The notes below the pieces were generated by a model. It was not told the origin of the DNA, did no database searches, and worked only from the letters and a program-made list of their open reading frames with translations. Source: Cyanophora paradoxa CCMP329 (lineage: Eukaryota > Plantae > Glaucophyta). Taken from it: a stretch of 64,000 bases of DNA. A program made the position numbers and the translations under genes. The stretch lies in assembly GCA_004431415.1 (NCBI GenBank), contig QPMI01000290.1:27868-91867 (forward strand), read 5' to 3'. The number at the start of each line of letters is the position of its first letter. Position 1 is the first letter of the stretch. This document shows positions 60,504-64,000 of the stretch, piece after piece.

Positions 60504-60675
60504 CGACTCGTTCTGCGAGCTCGCCCTCGCCTAGGCCCTCCGCCCGCCCTCCCTCCACCCCGTCCCTCCACGGCCACCGGTACATGCCCTGCCCCTTGTC
60601 CCTCCGCCCGCGCGAACCGAAAGGAGGTGTGGGGTTGGAAGAGTGGTGGGCTGGTGGGCGGGCGGGCGGGGCGGG

Positions 60676-62154
60676 CTAGCTGTCGAAGTCGACGTCGTCG
60701 TCGGCGGAGGAGGAGGGGGCGGTGCGGCCGATGCAGCGCAGCTGGCCTCCTCCAGCGCCCACGCGTGCACGCTCTCGTTGAAGCACCGCTGTACACCCCG
60801 CCCCGCTGCCCCCCGCGCCCCTCAGCCTGCCCCCTCCGAGGCGGGGGCGGGGGCGGACCTGCGGGGAGGGCGGCGCGAGGCAGAGGATGGTGGAGGAGTG
60901 GGGGACGCGGACGCTGGCGACGCAGGCGCCGTCCGCCGTGTCCCACACCCGGATCGTCCGGTCCGTCGACCCCGTCGCCAGCCTGCGCGGCGTCGGAGGG
61001 GCGGCGGGGGCGCGGGGGGCGGCGGGACGGACAGGAGGCGGCCGCGGTGGTCGGCGGGGGGCAGGAGGGCGCAGGCGTTGGCGGACTGGGAGTGGCCGCG
61101 AAGCTCGCGAGGAGGGCCTGCTTGCGCCGGTCCCAGATTTTCGCGTCGCACCCGCGCTGTCGAATCCGTGGCTCGTCGTCGCCACCGTGTTGAAGTCCTC
61201 CGACGCGTCGCACGCGAGCTGCACCGGCTCGGCGCCGGCCAGGCGGGTGGGGCGGAGCGGGCGACGGGGATGTATGTGTGGCCGCGCCACTGCTGGGCGA
61301 CGCGCATGGAGCGGGTGTCCCAGACGCGCAGCTCGAGGTCCTCGCCGACCTGCAGCACGCACGCCTCCTCCAGCCACCGCACGCTCGTCACCTGCGCCCC
61401 CGCCCCTCGGACCCCGCGCCCCCGCCCCCGCCCCCCGCCCCCCCGCCCCCGCCCCGCCCGCGAGCGCGCGCCAGGTTGTTGGAGATCTTCTGGCACGAGA
61501 TGGAGGTGCCGCGCTCCACGTCCCACAGCCGCACCGCGTTGTCCGCGACCCGAGAAGAGGCGGGTGTCGTCTGCGGGGTCTCGCGGAGGCGGGGCGGGGG
61601 GCGGGGCGGCAGGGCGGGCGGGCCCTGGTTGAGGGTGAGGCAGGAGACGTTGAGTGTGTGGCCGCGGTACGTCTGCGTGGCCTCCGGCTGGCCCGCGCAC
61701 CCATCGCTTCAGCGTCGTGTCCCGCGACGCCGAGAAAATCGCCCCCGTCGCCTTCCCGTACGCCCCTGCCCCGTCACCCCGCCCCCCGCCCCGCCCCCCC
61801 CCCGCCCTCGCCTTGTTCACGGCTTCTCGTGCCCCCGCCACCGCTCCAGCTCCTTCCCCTGAACACCAGTCGAACAGCACGACTGTCTGCACAGCGCCAT
61901 CAGACGGCGCGCGCGTGACGCGGCGCAGCTGCCCCCGCGCACCTTGTCGTCGCTACAGGAGAGCACTTGCGACGGCTCCGCGGTAGCGCAAACCCCCATC
62001 ACCGCGTCTGTGTGGATCTTCGGCCACGTTTGGATCTGCGCTTGCCGCCGGTCGACGGCTCGGAGTCCACGGTCGCGCCGTCGTCTACCCTGTACCGCCG
62101 CCGGTGGCTCCATCGCCTGTACCACGAACTGCAGACACTGCTCGCATTGCCCAT
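60676..62154 (-). CDS. WDR31: WD40-repeat protein, WDR31-like
   Basis: HTDAV..VLSCSDDKTVVLFDW, GHEKPVNK, IFSASRDTTLKRW, GHTLNV, ISNNLVTSVRW, EDLELRVWDTR, TSHGFDSAGCDAKIWDRR, LATGSTDRTIRVWD. The motif order matches WDR31 as I recall it. Confidence 0.8.
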
Positions 62155-62596
62155 CTACTGCCGGCCCTCGCCCGCCGACAGGGTCGCTGATGCATTGCCC
62201 TTTCCTGGTGCAAGTGGCTGTTGTTCGCTTCGAACGATGCTTCACGCGCTCTCGCGCAGCTGAGCTGCCAGGCTGGCTCGCGCGCTGCCGGTCGACAACG
62301 GCTACCGCGCCCGCACCGCTCCGGATGCACCCAGAACGCCTATATAGCTAGTCCGCGCTGTCTCGCTTAAGCTTTCAGATGCGCTGCCCGTGCGCTGGAG
62401 CTGAAATCCTGCAGCTGGCAGCTGCAGGTCGTCTGGCTTCGATCAAACAGGTTCGCGTTCGGCTCCCGGGCGGGCGATTGCGGTCCGACGGTCGCCGATC
62501 GACTGCGCATGCGCGCGCATGCGCATGCGGTGCTTATAATTACTAGTACGTATTCTGACGAAACACGCGGTTCAGAAACCTTTTTTTCGTACACTG

Positions 62597-64000
62597 CTAA
62601 GCTGAGCTACAGCGCGGGCGCTTGGGGTGCTGAATTCGAAGTCCTGTCCCGGCGGCTGCCTCCCGGCGCCAGCGCTGCTGCGGACGCCCACAGAGGGCGG
62701 CTCGCTGCCGGCCGGCCACGCTGCGCTCGCCGGCCGACGGCTGCAGCTGCGCGGCCCGGCGGAGGCGTGCCGGCCGGCGCCGGCGCTGGGGCTGGCGGGG
62801 TGCGCGGGCGCCTGCGGGGCGGGCCGTTGAGTCCTGCGTGTCGTCCAGGTCCACGCTCCAGCCCTGCAGCGCCCCCCGTCGGCCCCGCCCCGCCCCTGCA
62901 GCTCGCCCCCTCGCGCCACCGCGAGCAGCGCCGGGCCGCCCGCGCCCCAGGGGGGGGGGGGGGGGGGGGGGGGGGCACCTCCGGATGCGGAGGGCGGGCG
63001 CGGGCGCTGCGCAGAGAGGGGCGCTCGGAGGCCGAGAGGGGGAGCAGAACGGCGCCGCCTCGGGGGCGCCTCATCGGGGAACCGGAACGGGTCCTCCGCT
63101 GCCAGCCCTCGCCGTGAGCGCTCCCGCAGCGCCGGCGCTGCGCTGCGGCGGGGGCGGACCCGGCGCGTGGTCGTGGGCGCTGCTGCCGGCTGCGCCTTCA
63201 GAGGTGCCGGCGGAGGCGTCTGCGGGCGCCGGTGAGGGGAGGGCAAGCAGGGCGGGCGGGGCGGGGCGCACGGCTGTCGGCATGCTGGCGGGGCCGAGGA
63301 GCGGGAGGAGGCGGCGCGGGGCGACGAGGGCTGGGGCGCGTGAGGGCCGGTTGGGGAGGCGGGGGCGGGGCGGGGGCGGGCGAGGTCGGAGCGCTGGGAG
63401 GGGGCGGCGTCGGCGAGGGCGGCGAGGGTGGCGACGACGAGGTCCGCCTCGAAGTACGCCGCCCGTTCGTGTGCGCCGAGAAGAGCACCGGCCTGGCCCC
63501 GCCCCGCCCGTCCCTCGCCGCCGGCCCCGCTGACGAGGGCGGCCGTGCGGGGCGCGGGCACCGCCGGGGCCCTCAGCGCGCATGGCGATGTCGTGGCCGG
63601 CCTCCTCGCAGAAGCGCAGCATCGCCTGCCGGCAGCGTCGGGCGCGGGGGAGCCGTGGCGGGGGCCGGGGGCGGGCGACGCGGAGCTCTTTGACGTTGAA
63701 GATGACCTCGGCGTCGAGCGGGGCGGCCGGCGCCCCGACTCCTGGAAGTCCCGCGCGTCGATCGAGAGCTCCGTCTGCATCGCCTTCGCCGGCCCCGCCG
63801 CCCCCGCCGCCACCACCTGCTGGCCTGGCCCCGCCCCGCTCCGGCCGCCGGCGCGCGGAGGGGGCGGGAGGGGGGGCGGGGCGCACTGCGGGCGGGGTCG
63901 AGGTAGGAGCGGACCTTTAGGGCGTTGCGGCGGAGCGTGAAGGTCAGCTCCTCACTCTCCTTCTGGAAGGCCGCCAGCGACTCGGCGAGCAGGCGCGGCC
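62597..64000 (-). CDS. RAD9: RAD9 subunit of the 9-1-1 clamp, C-terminal part (5' end beyond the window)
   Basis: LAAFQKESEELTF, LKVRSYLD, AMQTELSIDARDFQE, EVIFNVKELRAMLRFCE, EGPGRPVLFS, FEADLVVATL, then a disordered tail. Stop position uncertain. Confidence 0.85.

Noticed and set aside
52000-64000. A cluster of pseudogenes or programmed frameshifting (GT25, CatSper, Fes1, DCTD, WDR31, RAD9 all frameshifted)
   Set aside because: Conserved residues are intact and the breaks are mostly single-base indels in short runs across many unrelated genes. This fits low-accuracy consensus sequence better. Polishing with short reads would settle it.
1-64000. tRNA, rRNA or snRNA genes
   Set aside because: No cloverleaf or conserved RNA gene sequence was recognised by eye. 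tRNAscan-SE or Infernal would be needed to exclude them.

Overview
Eukaryotic nuclear DNA: GC-rich, gene-dense, with many 50-110 nt introns, a large share of them apparently GC-AG. Plastid presequences starting M-x(0-4)-F, flagellar genes and a CatSper subunit together suggest a glaucophyte such as Cyanophora (inference). About 20 spliced genes are readable: a partial thylakoid-targeted protein, ULP2-like SUMO protease, HMG-box/polyQ factor, MAPK15, RAD1, a TPR protein, hemL/GSAT, PARG, NBP35, an LRGUK-type LRR + transglutaminase-like protein, a MORN protein, an HDHD2-MA3 fusion, BTB-BACK, Ies6, GT25, CatSper alpha, Fes1/HSPBP1, dCMP deaminase, WDR31 and partial RAD9. A lower-GC island (about 13.3-29 kb) holds a truncated DIRS-type retroelement inserted in an 11-bp minisatellite, a 1.4-kb duplication of the MAPK15 3' end and an 0.83-kb duplication. 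Non-autonomous TIR elements lie at about 1.8-3.2, 36.4-37.1 and 49.7 kb. The most unusual signals are (i) repeat copies that differ by gained short perfect palindromes, suggesting a palindrome-generating mutation process, (ii) pervasive GC-AG introns, some hairpin-like, and (iii) several unusual domain fusions. Many frameshifts, especially beyond about 52 kb, look like sequencing indels. All exon chains were read by eye, so gene ends are approximate.
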